Assembly (NCBI GenBank): GCA_964016885.1
Contig: OZ024742.1
Coordinates: 376,402,001 to 376,466,000 of the forward strand
Source of the DNA: Eledone cirrhosa
Lineage: Eukaryota
Direction: 5' to 3'
DNA length: 64,000 nt
Part shown: piece by piece, positions 1-15,545 of the stretch
Layout: every line of letters begins with the position of its first letter
How positions within the stretch are numbered: position 1 is the first letter of the stretch
Notes under the pieces: generated by a model
Told to the model about the DNA's origin: nothing
Database searches by the model: none
What the model saw: the letters and a program-made list of their open reading frames with translations, nothing else
Made by a program: the position numbers and the translations under genes

Positions 1-3000
1 AGTGAAAATACAATAGTATAGAGTAATGTAAATGTTATGTGAGATAAAGCCTTTACAGTGAAAATACAATAGTATAGAGTAATGTAAATGTTATGTGAGA
101 TAAAGCCTTTACAGTGAAAATACAATAGTATAGAGTAATGTAAATGCTATGTGAGGTAAAGCCTTTACAGTGAAAATACAATAGTATAGAGTAATGTAAA
201 TGCTATGTGAGATAAAGCCTTTACAGGGAAAATACAATAGTATAGAGTAATGTAAATGTTATGTGAGATGAAGCCTTTACAGTGAAAATACAATAGTATA
301 GAGCAATGTAAATGTTATGTGTAATATTATGTGAGATAAAGCCTTTTCAGTGAAAATACAATAGTATAGAGTAATGTAAATGTCATGTGAGATAAAGCCT
401 TTACAGTGAAAATACAATAGTACAGAGTAATGTAAATGTTATATGTAATATTATGTGAGATAAAGCACTTACAGTGAAAATACAATAGTATAGAGTAATG
501 TAAATGTTATGTGTAATATTATGTGAGATAAAGCCTTTACAGTGAAAATACAATAGTATAGAGTAATGTAAATGTCATGTGAGATAAAGCCTTTACAGTG
601 AAAATAAAATAGTATAGAGTAATATAAATGCTATGTGTAATATTATGTGAGATAAAGCCTTTACAGTGAAAATACAATAGTATAGAGTAATGTAAATGCT
701 ATGTGTAATATTATGTGAGATAAAGCCTTTACAGTGAAAATACAATAGTATGGAGTAATGTAAATGTTATGTGAGATAAAGCCTTCACTGTGAAAATACA
801 ATAGTATAGAGTAATGTAAACGCTATGTGAGATAAAGCCTTTACAGTGAAAATACAATCGTATAGAATAATGAAAAATGTTACGTGAGATAAAGCCTTTA
901 CAGTGAAAATACAATAGTATAGAGTAATGTAAATGTTATGTGAGATAAAGCCTTTACAGTGAAAATACAATAGTATAGAGTAATGTAAGTGTTATGTGAG
1001 ATAAAGCCTTTACAGTGAAAATACAATAGTATAGAGTAATGTAAATGTTATGTGAGATAAAGCCTTTACATTGAAAATACAATAGTATAGAGTAATGTAA
1101 ATGTTAAGTGACAGAAAGCATTTACAGTGAAAATACAATAGTATAGAGTAATGTAAATGATATGTGAGATAAAGCCTTTACGGTGAAAATACCATAGTAT
1201 AGAGTAATGTAAATGTTATGTGAGATAAAGCCTTTACAGTGAAAATACAATAGTATAGAGTAATGTAAATGTTATGTGAGATAAAGCCTTTACAGTGAAA
1301 ATACAATAGTATAGAGTAATGTAAATGTTATGTGAGATGAAGCCTTTACAGTGAAAATACAATAGTATAGAGTAGTGTAAATGTTATGTGAGATAAAGCC
1401 TTTACAGTGAAAGTACAATAGTATAGAGTAATGTAAATGTTATGTGAGATAAAGCCTTTACAGTGAAAATACAATAGTATAGAGTAATGTAAATGTTATG
1501 TGAGATAAAGCCTTTACAGTGAAAATACAATAGTATAGAGTAATGTAAATGTTATGTGAGATAAAGCCTTTACAGTGAAAATACAATAGTATAGAGTAAT
1601 GTAAACGTTATGTCAGATAAAGCCTTTACAGTGAAAATACAATAGTATAGAGTAATGTAAATGCTATGTGAGATAAAGCCTTTACAGTGAAAATACAATA
1701 GTATAGAGTAATGTAAATGTTATGTGAGATAAAGCCTTTACAGTGAAAATACAATAGTATAGAGTAATGTAAATGTTATGTGAGATAAAGCCTTTACAGT
1801 GAAAATACAATAGTATAGAGTAATGTAAACGTTATGTCAGATAAAGCCTTTACAGTGAAAATACAATAGTATAGAGTAATGTAAATGCTATGTGAGATAA
1901 AGCCTTTACAGTGAAAATACAATAGTATAGAGTAATGTAAATGTTATGTGAGATAAAGCCTTTACAGTGGAAATACAATAGTATAGAGTAATGTAAATGT
2001 TATGTGAGATAAAGCCTTTACAGTGAAAATACAATAGTATAGATTAATGTAAATGTTTTGTGAGGTAAAGCCTTTACAGTGAAAATACAATAGTATAGAG
2101 TAATGTAAATGTTATGTGAGATAAAGCCTTTACAGTGAAAATACAGTAGTATAGAGTAATGTAAATGTTATGTGAGATAAAGCCTTTACAGTGAAAATAC
2201 AGTAGTATAGAGTAATGTAAATGTTATGTGAGATAAAGCCTTTACAGTGAAAATACAATAGTATAGAGTAATGTAAATGTTAAGTGAGATAAAGCCTTTA
2301 CAGTGAAAATACAATAGTATAGAGTAATGTAAATGCAATGTGAGATAAAGCCTTTACAGTGAAAATACAATAGTATAGAGTAATGTAAATGTTATGTGAG
2401 ATAAAGCCTTTACAGTGAAAATACAATAGTATAGATTAATGTAAATGTTATGTGAGATAAAGCCTTTACAGTTAAAATACAATAGTATAGAGTAAAGTAA
2501 ATGCTACGTGAGATAAAGCCTTTACAGTGAAAATACAATAGTATAGAGTAATGTAAATGCTATGTGAGATAAAGCCTTTACAGTGAAAATACAATAGTAT
2601 AGAGTAATGTAAATGTTATGTGAGATAAAGCCTTTACAGTGAAAATACAATAGTATAGAGTAATGTAAATGTTATGTGAGATAAAGCCTTTACAGTGAAA
2701 ATACAATAGTATAGAGTAATGTAAACGTTATGTCAGATAAAGCCTTTACAGTGAAAATACAATAGTATAGAGTAATGTAAATGCTATGTGAGATAAAGCC
2801 TTTACAGTGAAAATACAATAGTATAGAGTAATGTAAATGTTATGTGAGATAAAGCCTTTACAGTGAAAATACAATAGTATAGAGTAATGTAAATGTTATG
2901 TGAGATAAAGCCTTTACAGTGAAAATACAATAGTATAGAGTAATGTAAATGCTATGTGAGATAAAGCCTTTACAGTGAAAATACAATAGTATAGAATAAT

Positions 3001-3365
3001 GTAAATGTTATGTGAGATAAAGCCTTTACAGTGAAAATACAATAGTATAGAGTAATGTAAATGCTATGCGAGATAAAGCCTTTACAGTGAAAATACAATA
3101 GTATAGAGTAATGTAAATGTTATGTGAGATAAAGCCTTTACAGTGAAAATACAATAGTATAGAGTAATGTAAATGTTATGTGAGATAAAGCCTTTACAGT
3201 GAAAATACAATAGTATAGAGTAATGTAAATGCTATGTGAGGTAAAGCCTTTACAGTGAAAATACAATAGTATAGAGTAATGTAAATGCTATGTGAGATAA
3301 AGCCTTTACAGTGAAAATACAATAGTATAGAGTAATGTAAATGTTATGTGAGATGAAGCCTTTAC

Positions 3366-6300
3366 AGTGAAAATACAATAGTATAGAGCAATGTAAATGT
3401 TATGTGTAATATTATGTGAGATAAAGCCTTTTCAGTGAAAATACAATAGTATAGAGTAATGTAAATGTCATGTGAGATAAAGCCTTTACAGTGAAAATAC
3501 AATAGTACAGAGTAATGTAAATGTTATATGTAATATTATGTGAGATAAAGCACTTACAGTGAAAATACAATAGTATAGAGTAATGTAAATGTTATGTGTA
3601 ATATTATGTGAGATAAAGCCTTTACAGTGAAAATACAATAGTATAGAGTAATGTAAATGTCATGTGAGATAAAGCCTTTACAGTGAAAATAAAATAGTAT
3701 AGAGTAATATAAATGCTATGTGTAATATTATGTGAGATAAAGCCTTTACAGTGAAAATACAATAGTATAGAGTAATGTAAATGCTATGTGTAATATTATG
3801 TGAGATAAAGCCTTTACAGTGAAAATACAATAGTATGGAGTAATGTAAATGTTATGTGAGATAAAGCCTTCACTGTGAAAATACAATAGTATAGAGTAAT
3901 GTAAACGCTATGTGAGATAAAGCCTTTACAGTGAAAATACAATCGTATAGAATAATGTAAATGTTATGTGAGATAAAGCCTTTACAGTGAAAATACAATA
4001 GTATAGAGTAATGTAAATGTTATGTGAGATAAAGCCTTTACAGTGAAAATACAATAGTATAGAGTAATGTAAGTGTTATGTGAGATAAAGCCTTTACAGT
4101 GAAAATACAATAGTATAGAGTAATGTAAATGTTATGTGAGATAAAGCCTTTACATTGAAAATACAATAGTATAGAGTAATGTAAATGTTAAGTGACAGAA
4201 AGCATTTACAGTGAAAATACAATAGTATAGAGTAATGTAAATGATATGTGAGATAAAGCCTTTACGGTGAAAATACCATAGTATAGAGTAATGTAAATGT
4301 TATGTGAGATAAAGCCTTTACAGTGAAAATACAATAGTATAGAGTAATGTAAATGTTATGTGAGATAAAGCCTTTACAGTGAAAATACAATAGTATAGAG
4401 TAATGTAAATGTTATGTGAGATGAAGCCTTTACAGTGAAAATACAATAGTATAGAGTAGTGTAAATGTTATGTGAGATAAAGCCTTTACAGTGAAAGTAC
4501 AATAGTATAGAGTAATGTAAATGTTATGTGAGATAAAGCCTTTACAGTGAAAATACAATAGTATAGAGTAATGTAAATGTTATGTGAGATAAAGCCTTTA
4601 CAGTGAAAATACAATAGTATAGAGTAATGTAAATGTTATGTGAGATAAAGCCTTTACAGTGAAAATACAATAGTATAGAGTAATGTAAACGTTATGTCAG
4701 ATAAAGCCTTTACAGTGAAAATACAATAGTATAGAGTAATGTAAATGCTATGTGAGATAAAGCCTTTACAGTGAAAATACAATAGTATAGAGTAATGTAA
4801 ATGTTATGTGAGATAAAGCCTTTATAGTGAAAATACAATAGTATAGAGTAATGTAAATGCTATGTGAGATAAAGCCTTTACAGTGAAAATACAATAGTAT
4901 TGAGTAATGTAAATGTAATGTGAGATAAAGCCTTTACAGTGAAAATACAATAGTATAGAGTAATGTAAATGTTATGTGAGATAAAGCCTTTACAGTGAAA
5001 ATACAATAGTATAGAGTAATGTAAATGCTATGTGAGGTAAAGCCTTTACAGTGAAAATACAATAGTATAGAGTAATGTAAATGCTATGTGAGATAAAGCC
5101 TTTACAGTGAAAATACAATAGTATAGAGTAATGTAAATGTTATGTGAGATGAAGCCTTTACAGTGAAAATACAATAGTATAGAGCAATGTAAATGTTATG
5201 TGTAATATTATGTGAGATAAAGCCTTTTCAGTGAAAATACAATAGTATAGAGTAATGTAAATGTCATGTGAGATAAAGCCTTTACAGTGAAAATACAATA
5301 GTATAGAGTAATGTAAATGTTATATGTAATATTATGTGAGATAAAGCACTTACAGTGAAAATACAATAGTATAGAGTAATGTAAATGTTATGTGTAATAT
5401 TATGTGAGATAAAGCCTTTACAGTGAAAATACAATAGTATAGAGTAATGTAAATGTCATGTGAGATAAAGCCTTTACAGTGAAAATAAAATAGTATAGAG
5501 TAATATAAATGCTATGTGTAATATTATGTGAGATAAAGCCTTTACAGTGAAAATACAATAGTATAGAGTAATGTAAATGCTATGTGTAATATTATGTGAG
5601 ATAAAGCCTTTACAGTGAAAATACAGTAGTATAGAGTAATGTATATGTTATGTGAGATAAAGCCTTTACAGTGAAAATACAATAGTATAGAGTAATGTAA
5701 ATGTTATGTGAGATAAAGCCTTTACAGTGAAAATACAATAGTATAGAGTAATGTAAGTGTTATGTGAGATAAAGCCTTTACAGTGAAAATACAATAGTAT
5801 AGAGTAATGTAAATGTTATGTGAGATAAAGCCTTTACATTGAAAATACAATAGTATAGAGTAATGTAAATGTTAAGTGACAGAAAGCATTTACAGTGAAA
5901 ATACAATAGTATAGAGTAATGTAAATGTTATGTGAGATAAAGCCTTTACGGTGAAAATACCATAGTATAGAGTAATGTAAATGTTATGTGAGATAAAGCC
6001 TTTACAGTGAAAATACAATAGTATAGAGTAATGTAAACGTTATGTGAGATAAAGCCTTTACAGTGAAAATACAATAGTATAGAGTAATGTAAATGCTATG
6101 TGAGATAAAGCCTTTACAGTGAAAATACAATAGTATAGAGTAATGTAAATGTTATGTGAGATAAAGCCTTTACAGTGAAAATACAATAGTATAGAGTAAT
6201 GTAAATGTTATGTGAGATAAAGCCTTTACAGTGAAAATACAATAGTATAGAGTAATGTAAATGCTATGTGAGATAAAGCCTTTACAGTGAAAATACAATA

Positions 6301-9300
6301 GTATAGAATAATGTAAATGTTATGTGAGATAAAGCCTTTACAGTGAAAATACAATAGTATAGAGTAATGTAAATGCTATGTGAGATAAAGCCTTTACAGT
6401 GAAAATACAATAGTATAGAGTAATGTAAATGTTATGTGAGATAAAGCCTTTACAGTGAAAATACAATAGTATAGAGTAATGTAAATGTTATGTGAGATAA
6501 AGCCTTTACAGTGAAAATACAATAGTATAGAGTAATGTAAATGCTATGTGAGGTAAAGCCTTTACAGTGAAAATACAATAGTATAGAGTAATGTAAATGC
6601 TATGTGAGATAAAGCCTTTACAGTGAAAATACAATAGTATAGAGTAATGTAAATGTTATGTGAGATGAAGCCTTTACAGTGAAAATACAATAGTATAGAG
6701 CAATGTAAATGTTATGTGTAATATTATGTGAGATAAAGCCTTTTCAGTGAAAATACAATAGTATAGAGTAATGTAAATGTCATGTGAGATAAAGCCTTTA
6801 CAGTGAAAATACAATAGTACAGAGTAATGTAAATGTTATATGTAATATTATGTGAGATAAAGCACTTACAGTGAAAATACAATAGTATAGAGTAATGTAA
6901 ATGTTATGTGTAATATTATGTGAGATAAAGCCTTTACAGTGAAAATACAATAGTATAGAGTAATGTAAATGTCATGTGAGATAAAGCCTTTACAGTGAAA
7001 ATAAAATAGTATAGAGTAATATAAATGCTATGTGTAATATTATGTGAGATAAAGCCTTTACAGTGAAAATACAATAGTATAGAGTAATGTAAATGCTATG
7101 TGTAATATTATGTGAGATAAAGCCTTTACAGTGAAAATACAATAGTATGGAGTAATGTAAATGTTATGTGAGATAAAGCCTTCACTGTGAAAATACAATA
7201 GTATAGAGTAATGTAAACGCTATGTGAGATAAAGCCTTTACAGTGAAAATACAATCGTATAGAATAATGTAAATGTTATGTGAGATAAAGCCTTTACAGT
7301 GAAAATACAATAGTATAGAGTAATGTAAATGTTATGTGAGATAAAGCCTTTACAGTGAAAATACAATAGTATAGAGTAATGTAAGTGTTATGTGAGATAA
7401 AGCCTTTACAGTGAAAATACAATAGTATAGAGTAATGTAAATGTTATGTGAGATAAAGCCTTTACATTGAAAATACAATAGTATAGAGTAATGTAAATGT
7501 TAAGTGACAGAAAGCATTTACAGTGAAAATACAATAGTATAGAGTAATGTAAATGATATGTGAGATAAAGCCTTTACGGTGAAAATACCATAGTATAGAG
7601 TAATGTAAATGTTATGTGAGATAAAGCCTTTACAGTGAAAATACAATAGTATAGAGTAATGTAAATGTTATGTGAGATAAAGCCTTTACAGTGAAAATAC
7701 AATAGTATAGAGTAATGTAAATGTTATGTGAGATGAAGCCTTTACAGTGAAAATACAATAGTATAGAGTAGTGTAAATGTTATGTGAGATAAAGCCTTTA
7801 CAGTGAAAGTACAATAGTATAGAGTAATGTAAATGTTATGTGAGATAAAGCCTTTACAGTGAAAATACAATAGTATAGAGTAATGTAAATGTTATGTGAG
7901 ATAAAGCCTTTACAGTGAAAATACAATAGTATAGAGTAATGTAAATGTTATGTGAGATAAAGCCTTTACAGTGAAAATACAATAGCATAGAGTAATGTAA
8001 ACGTTATGTCAGATAAAGCCTTTACAGTGAAAATACAATAGTATAGAGTAATGTAAATGCTATGTGAGATAAAGCCTTTACAGTGAAAATACAATAGTAT
8101 AGAGTAATGTAAATGTTATGTGAGATAAAGCCTTTACAGTGAAAATACAATAGTATAGAGTAATGTAAATGCTATGTGAGATAAAGCCTTTACAGTGAAA
8201 ATACAATAGTATTGAGTAATGTAAATGTAATGTGAGATAAAGCCTTTACAGTGAAAATACAATAGTATAGAGTAATGTAAATGTTATGTGAGATAAAGCC
8301 TTTACAGTGAAAATACAATAGTATAGAGTAATGTAAATGCTATGTGAGGTAAAGCCTTTACAGTGAAAATACAATAGTATAGAGTAATGTAAATGCTATG
8401 TGAGATAAAGCCTTTACAGTGAAAATACAATAGTATAGAGTAATGTAAATGTTATGTGAGATGAAGCCTTTACAGTGAAAATACAATAGTATAGAGCAAT
8501 GTAAATGTTATGTGTAATATTATGTGAGATAAAGCCTTTTCAGTGAAAATACAATAGTATAGAGTAATGTAAATGTCATGTGAGATAAAGCCTTTACAGT
8601 GAAAATACAATAGTATAGAGTAATGTAAATGTTATATGTAATATTATGTGAGATAAAGCACTTACAGTGAAAATACAATAGTATAGAGTAATGTAAATGT
8701 TATGTGTAATATTATGTGAGATAAAGCCTTTACAGTGAAAATACAATAGTATAGAGTAATGTAAATGTCATGTGAGATAAAGCCTTTACAGTGAAAATAA
8801 AATAGTATAGAGTAATATAAATGCTATGTGTAATATTATGTGAGATAAAGCCTTTACAGTGAAAATACAATAGTATAGAGTAATGTAAATGCTATGTGTA
8901 ATATTATGTGAGATAAAGCCTTTACAGTGAAAATACAGTAGTATAGAGTAATGTATATGTTATGTGAGATAAAGCCTTTACAGTGAAAATACAATAGTAT
9001 AGAGTAATGTAAATGTTATGTGAGATAAAGCCTTTACAGTGAAAATACAATAGTATAGAGTAATGTAAGTGTTATGTGAGATAAAGCCTTTACAGTGAAA
9101 ATACAATAGTATAGAGTAATGTAAATGTTATGTGAGATAAAGCCTTTACATTGAAAATACAATAGTATAGAGTAATGTAAATGTTAAGTGACAGAAAGCA
9201 TTTACAGTGAAAATACAATAGTATAGAGTAATGTAAATGTTATGTGAGATAAAGCCTTTACGGTGAAAATACCATAGTATAGAGTAATGTAAATGTTATG

Positions 9301-12300
9301 TGAGATAAAGCCTTTACAGTGAAAATACAATAGTATAGAGTAATGTAAACGTTATGTCAGATAAAGCCTTTACAGTGAAAATACAATAGTATAGAGTAAT
9401 GTAAATGCTATGTGAGATAAAGCCTTTACAGTGAAAATACAATAGTATAGAGTAATGTAAATGTTATGTGAGATAAAGCCTTTACAGTGAAAATACAATA
9501 GTATAGAGTAATGTAAATGTTATGTGAGATAAAGCCTTTACAGTGAAAATACAATAGTATAGAGTAATGTAAATGCTATGTGAGATAAAGCCTTTACAGT
9601 GAAAATACAATAGTATAGAATAATGTAAATGTTATGTGAGATAAAGCCTTTACAGTGAAAATACAATAGTATAGAGTAATGTAAATGCTATGTGAGATAA
9701 AGCCTTTACAGTGAAAATACAATAGTATAGAGTAATGTAAATGTTATGTGAGATAAAGCCTTTACAGTGAAAATACAATAGTATAGAGTAATGTAAATGT
9801 TATGTGAGATAAAGCCTTTACAGTGAAAATACAATAGTATAGAGTAATGTAAATGCTATGTGAGGTAAAGCCTTTACAGTGAAAATACAATAGTATAGAG
9901 TAATGTAAATGCTATGTGAGATAAAGCCTTTACAGTGAAAATACAATAGTATAGAGTAATGTAAATGTTATGTGAGATGAAGCCTTTACAGTGAAAATAC
10001 AATAGTATAGAGCAATGTAAATGTTATGTGTAATATTATGTGAGATAAAGCCTTTTCAGTGAAAATACAATAGTATAGAGTAATGTAAATGTCATGTGAG
10101 ATAAAGCCTTTACAGTGAAAATACAATAGTACAGAGTAATGTAAATGTTATATGTAATATTATGTGAGATAAAGCACTTACAGTGAAAATACAATAGTAT
10201 AGAGTAATGTAAATGTTATGTGTAATATTATGTGAGATAAAGCCTTTACAGTGAAAATACAATAGTATAGAGTAATGTAAATGTCATGTGAGATAAAGCC
10301 TTTACAGTGAAAATAAAATAGTATAGAGTAATATAAATGCTATGTGTAATATTATGTGAGATAAAGCCTTTACAGTGAAAATACAATAGTATAGAGTAAT
10401 GTAAATGCTATGTGTAATATTATGTGAGATAAAGCCTTTACAGTGAAAATACAATAGTATGGAGTAATGTAAATGTTATGTGAGCTAAAGCCTTCACTGT
10501 GAAAATACAATAGTATAGAGTAATGTAAACGCTATGTGAGATAAAGCCTTTACAGTGAAAATACAATCGTATAGAATAATGTAAATGTTATGTGAGATAA
10601 AGCCTTTACAGTGAAAATACAATAGTATAGAGTAATGTAAATGTTATGTGAGATAAAGCCTTTACAGTGAAAATACAATAGTATAGAGTAATGTAAGTGT
10701 TATGTGAGATAAAGCCTTTACAGTGAAAATACAATAGTATAGAGTAATGTAAATGTTATGTGAGATAAAGCCTTTACATTGAAAATACAATAGTATAGAG
10801 TAATGTAAATGTTAAGTGACAGAAAGCATTTACAGTGAAAATACAATAGTATAGAGTAATGTAAATGATATGTGAGATAAAGCCTTTACGGTGAAAATAC
10901 CATAGTATAGAGTAATGTAAATGTTATGTGAGATAAAGCCTTTACAGTGAAAATACAATAGTATAGAGTAATGTAAATGTTATGTGAGATAAAGCCTTTA
11001 CAGTGAAAATACAATAGTATAGAGTAATGTAAATGTTATGTGAGATGAAGCCTTTACAGTGAAAATACAATAGTATAGAGTAGTGTAAATGTTATGTGAG
11101 ATAAAGCCTTTACAGTGAAAGTACAATAGTATAGAGTAATGTAAATGTTATGTGAGATAAAGCCTTTACAGTGAAAATACAATAGTATAGAGTAATGTAA
11201 ATGTTATGTGAGATAAAGCCTTTACAGTGAAAATACAATAGTATAGAGTAATGTAAATGTTATGTGAGATAAAGCCTTTACAGTGAAAATACAATAGTAT
11301 AGAGTAATGTAAACGTTATGTCAGATAAAGCCTTTACAGTGAAAATACAATAGTATAGAGTAATGTAAATGCTATGTGAGATAAAGCCTTTACAGTGAAA
11401 ATACAATAGTATAGAGTAATGTAAATGTTATGTGAGATAAAGCCTTTACAGTGAAAATACAATAGTATAGAGTAATGTAAATGCTATGTGAGATAAAGCC
11501 TTTACAGTGAAAATACAATAGTATTGAGTAATGTAAATGTAATGTGAGATAAAGCCTTTACAGTGAAAATACAATAGTATAGAGTAATGTAAATGTTATG
11601 TGAGATAAAGCCTTTACAGTGAAAATACAATAGTATAGAGTAATGTAAATGCTATGTGAGGTAAAGCCTTTACAGTGAAAATACAATAGTATAGAGTAAT
11701 GTAAATGCTATGTGAGATAAAGCCTTTACAGTGAAAATACAATAGTATAGAGTAATGTAAATGTTATGTGAGATGAAGCCTTTACAGTGAAAATACAATA
11801 GTATAGAGCAATGTAAATGTTATGTGTAATATTATGTGAGATAAAGCCTTTTCAGTGAAAATACAATAGTATAGAGTAATGTAAATGTCATGTGAGATAA
11901 AGCCTTTACAGTGAAAATACAATAGTATAGAGTAATGTAAATGTTATATGTAATATTATGTGAGATAAAGCACTTACAGTGAAAATACAATAGTATAGAG
12001 TAATGTAAATGTTATGTGTAATATTATGTGAGATAAAGCCTTTACAGTGAAAATACAATAGTATAGAGTAATGTAAATGTCATGTGAGATAAAGCCTTTA
12101 CAGTGAAAATAAAATAGTATAGAGTAATATAAATGCTATGTGTAATATTATGTGAGATAAAGCCTTTACAGTGAAAATACAATAGTATAGAGTAATGTAA
12201 ATGCTATGTGTAATATTATGTGAGATAAAGCCTTTACAGTGAAAATACAGTAGTATAGAGTAATGTATATGTTATGTGAGATAAAGCCTTTACAGTGAAA

Positions 12301-13469
12301 ATACAATAGTATAGAGTAATGTAAATGTTATGTGAGATAAAGCCTTTACAGTGAAAATACAATAGTATAGAGTAATGTAAGTGTTATGTGAGATAAAGCC
12401 TTTACAGTGAAAATACAATAGTATAGAGTAATGTAAATGTTATGTGAGATAAAGCCTTTACATTGAAAATACAATAGTATAGAGTAATGTAAATGTTAAG
12501 TGACAGAAAGCATTTACAGTGAAAATACAATAGTATAGAGTAATGTAAATGTTATGTGAGATAAAGCCTTTACGGTGAAAATACCATAGTATAGAGTAAT
12601 GTAAATGTTATGTGAGATAAAGCCTTTACAGTGAAAATACAATAGTATAGAGTAATGTAAATGTTATGTGAGATAAAGCCTTTACAGTGAAAATACAATA
12701 GTATAGAGTAATGTAAATGTTATGTGAGATGAAGCCTTTACAGTGAAAATACAATAGTATAGAGTAGTGTAAATGTTATGTGAGATAAAGCCTTTACAGT
12801 GAAAGTACAATAGTATAGAGTAATGTAAATGTTATGTGAGATAAAGCCTTTACAGTGAAAATACAATAGTATAGAGTAATGTAAATGTTATGTGAGATAA
12901 AGCCTTTACAGTGAAAATACAATAGTATAGAGTAATGTAAATGTTATGTGAGATAAAGCCTTTACAGTGAAAATACAATAGTATAGAGTAATGTAAACGT
13001 TATGTCAGATAAAGCCTTTACAGTGAAAATACAATAGTATAGAGTAATGTAAATGCTATGTGAGATAAAGCCTTTACAGTGAAAATACAATAGTATAGAG
13101 TAATGTAAATGTTATGTGAGATAAAGCCTTTACAGTGAAAATACAATAGTATAGAGTAATGTAAATGCTATGTGAGATAAAGCCTTTACAGTGAAAATAC
13201 AATAGTATTGAGTAATGTAAATGTAATGTGAGATAAAGCCTTTACAGTGAAAATACAATAGTATAGAGTAATGTAAATGTTATGTGAGATAAAGCCTTTA
13301 CAGTGAAAATACAATAGTATAGAGTAATGTAAATGCTATGTGAGGTAAAGCCTTTACAGTGAAAATACAATAGTATAGAGTAATGTAAATGCTATGTGAG
13401 ATAAAGCCTTTACAGTGAAAATACAATAGTATAGAGTAATGTAAATGTTATGTGAGATGAAGCCTTTAC
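3366..13469 (+). repeat. Higher-order repeat in satellite A: alternating 1796-bp (31-mer) and 1516-bp (26-mer) blocks, giving a 3312-bp super-unit
   Basis: The marker monomer with GAGCAATG starts at 3366, 5162, 6678, 8474, 9990, 11786 and 13470 (spacings 1796, 1516, 1796, 1516, 1796, 1684). Each spacing equals n x 56 + 5 x 12. Confidence 0.9.
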
Positions 13470-15545
13470 AGTGAAAATACAATAGTATAGAGCAATGTAA
13501 ATGTTATGTGTAATATTATGTGAGATAAAGCCTTTTCAGTGAAAATACAATAGTATAGAGTAATGTAAATGTCATGTGAGATAAAGCCTTTACAGTGAAA
13601 ATACAATAGTATAGAGTAATGTAAATGTTATATGTAATATTATGTGAGATAAAGCACTTACAGTGAAAATACAATAGTATAGAGTAATGTAAATGTTATG
13701 TGTAATATTATGTGAGATAAAGCCTTTACAGTGAAAATACAATAGTATAGAGTAATGTAAATGTCATGTGAGATAAAGCCTTTACAGTGAAAATAAAATA
13801 GTATAGAGTAATATAAATGCTATGTGTAATATTATGTGAGATAAAGCCTTTACAGTGAAAATACAATAGTATAGAGTAATGTAAATGCTATGTGTAATAT
13901 TATGTGAGATAAAGCCTTTACAGTGAAAATACAATAGTATGGAGTAATGTAAATGTTATGTGAGATAAAGCTTTCACTGTGAAAATACAATAGTATAGAG
14001 TAATGTAAACGCTATGTGAGATAAAGCCTTTACAGTGAAAATACAATCGTATAGAATAATGTAAATGTTACGTGAGATAAAGCCTTTACAGTGAAAATAC
14101 AATAGTATAGAGTAATGTAAATGCTATGTGAGATAAAGCCTTTACAGTGAAAATACAGTAGTATAGAGTAATGTATATGTTATGTGAGATAAAGCCTTTA
14201 CAGTGAAAATACAATAGTATAGAGTAATGTAAATGTTATGTGAGATAAAGCCTTTACAGTGAAAATGCAATAGTATAGAGTAATGTAAGTGTTATGTGAG
14301 ATAAAGCCTTTACAGTGAAAATACAATAGTATAGAGTAATGTAAATGTTATGTGAGATAAAGCCTTTACATTGAAAATACAATAGTATAGAGTAATGTAA
14401 ATGTTAAGTGACAGAAAGCATTTACAGTGAAAATACAATAGTATAGAGTAATGTAAATGTTATGTGAGATAAAGCCTTTACGGTGAAAATACCATAGTAT
14501 AGAGTAATGTAAATGTTATGTGAGATAAATCCTTTACAGTGAAAATACAATATTATAGAGTAATGTAAATGTTATGTGAGATAAAGCCTTTACAGTGAAA
14601 ATACAATAGTATAGAGTAATGTAAATGTTATGTGAGATGAAGCCTTTACAGTGAAAATACAATAGTATAGAGTAGTGTAAATGTTATGTGAGATAAAGCC
14701 TTTACAGTGAAAGTACAATAGTATAGAGTAATGTAAATGTTATGTGAGATAAAGCCTTTACAGTGAAAATACAATAGTATAGAGTAATGTAAATGTTATG
14801 TGAGATAAAGCCTTTACAGTGAAAATACAATAGTATAGAGTAATGTAAATGTTATGTGAGATAAAGCCTTTACAATGAAAATACAATAGTATAGAGTAAT
14901 GTAAATGTTATGTCAGATAAAGCCTTTACAGTGAAAATACAATAGTATAGAGTAATGTAAATGCTATGTGAGATAAAGCCTTTACAGTGAAAATACAATA
15001 GTATAGAGTAATGTAAATGTTATGTGAGATAAAGCCTTTACAGTGAAAATACAATAGTATAGAGTAATGTAAATGTTATGTGAGATAAAGCCTTTACAGT
15101 GAAAATACAATAGTATAGAGTAATGTAAATGCTATGTGAGATAAAGCCTTTACAGTGAAAATACAATAGTATAGTGTAATGTAAATGTTATGTGAGATAA
15201 AGCCTTTACAGTGAAAATACAATAGTATAGAGTAATGTAAATGCTATGTGAGATAAAGCCTTTACAGTGAAAATACAATAGTATAGAGTAATGTAAATGT
15301 TATGTGAGATAAAGCCTTTACAGTGAAAATACAATAGTATAGAGTAATGTAAATGTTATGTGAGATAAATCCTTTACAGTGAAAATACAATAGTATAGAG
15401 TAATGTAAATGCTATGTGAGGTAAAGCCTTTACAGTGAAAATACAATAGTATAGAGTAATGTAAATGCTATGTGAGATAAAGCCTTTACAGTGAAAATAC
15501 AATAGTATAGAGTAATGTAAATGTTATGTGAGATGAAGCCTTTAC

